A DNA stretch of 64,000 nucleotides, taken from positions 74,400,001 to 74,464,000 of the forward strand of contig CM126204.1 of NCBI GenBank assembly GCA_052327205.1. The letters run 5' to 3'. The notes below the pieces were generated by a model. The model had not been told where the DNA came from, ran no database searches, and saw only the letters and a list, made by a program, of their open reading frames with translations. The stretch is from Somniosus microcephalus. Taxonomy: Eukaryota. Position numbers and translations under genes: made by a program. Position 1 is the stretch's first letter; every line of letters starts with the position of its first letter. Shown one piece after another: positions 63,480 to 64,000 of this stretch.

Positions 63480-63688
63480 GGCTTGTCTGTTGTGGGCAGG
63501 ACCTGGTGAATACATCGATTACCCTTTGCTGCTCTGCACCCGATGGGTCAAGGAAATCCCATATCATTGATGGAGCCCAAGTCAAATGCTGTGGTACTGA
63601 ATTTATATCCAGCAATGAGCAATGTTGTAATGGGGTTGGTTATAATCCCTCAAAACAGGTCTGCGCTGACAGGACTTCAGATGGAAAG
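63480..63688 (+). CDS. USH2A: Usherin coding exon (Cys-rich region; probably human exon 51 equivalent), 209 nt
   Basis: LVCCGQDLVN...CCSA...VKCCGTE...CCNGVGYNPSKQVCADR; AG 63478-63479; GTAAT donor 63689; phase 1 to 0, compatible with the exon ending at 18281. Confidence 0.93.
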
Positions 63689-64000
63689 GTAATATATTTA
63701 CTTTGCTTTGTCATTCATACATGCTAAACTCACTGTTATTTCACACTTGTGCTCAATATAAACAGTTCAAGGTTTAAATCTTTTTGCATGGACAGATATG
63801 CATTATTTGCCTTGACTGCTAGATATAAACACTTTTCTGGCTGTGATTGCAGATGTAAACGGGGAAAATCAACGTTATTTATCAAAATAGCCTAGTCTCC
63901 TAATTATTTAATCTACAGTAAAATGAGCAATAAACCTCCATAGAAACCTTGTTTTTTAATCATTTATCAATTCCATTAAACTAAGGAACAGTTCATAATT

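Overview
Vertebrate nuclear DNA, very probably from a shark or other elasmobranch (HE1-type and SacSINE1/Deu-type SINEs, abundant CR1). The only host gene I can support is USH2A (usherin) on the + strand: four coding exons (9027-9225, 12499-12667, 18060-18281, 63480-63688) covering the end of an FN3 repeat and the Cys-rich region, with GT-AG boundaries, consistent phases and a ~45 kb intron. The rest is intronic and mostly nested mobile DNA: CR1 LINEs, two Rex1/Babar LINEs, an RTEX-like 3' end, Penelope-like remnants, SINEs, hAT remnants, a probable solo LTR, and at least eight PIF/Harbinger elements. Three of these carry the two-gene layout (DDE transposase plus a convergent, spliced Myb/SANT gene). 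The strongest observations are a shared WC-NNN-GW target context and family-specific subterminal motifs among the Harbingers, two near-intact transposases, a 123-bp target duplication around a Rex1 copy, and a teleost-like RTEX end in a GA-rich tract. All family names come from my own recognition of motifs, not from database searches. I found no clearly new biological system beyond these transposon features.
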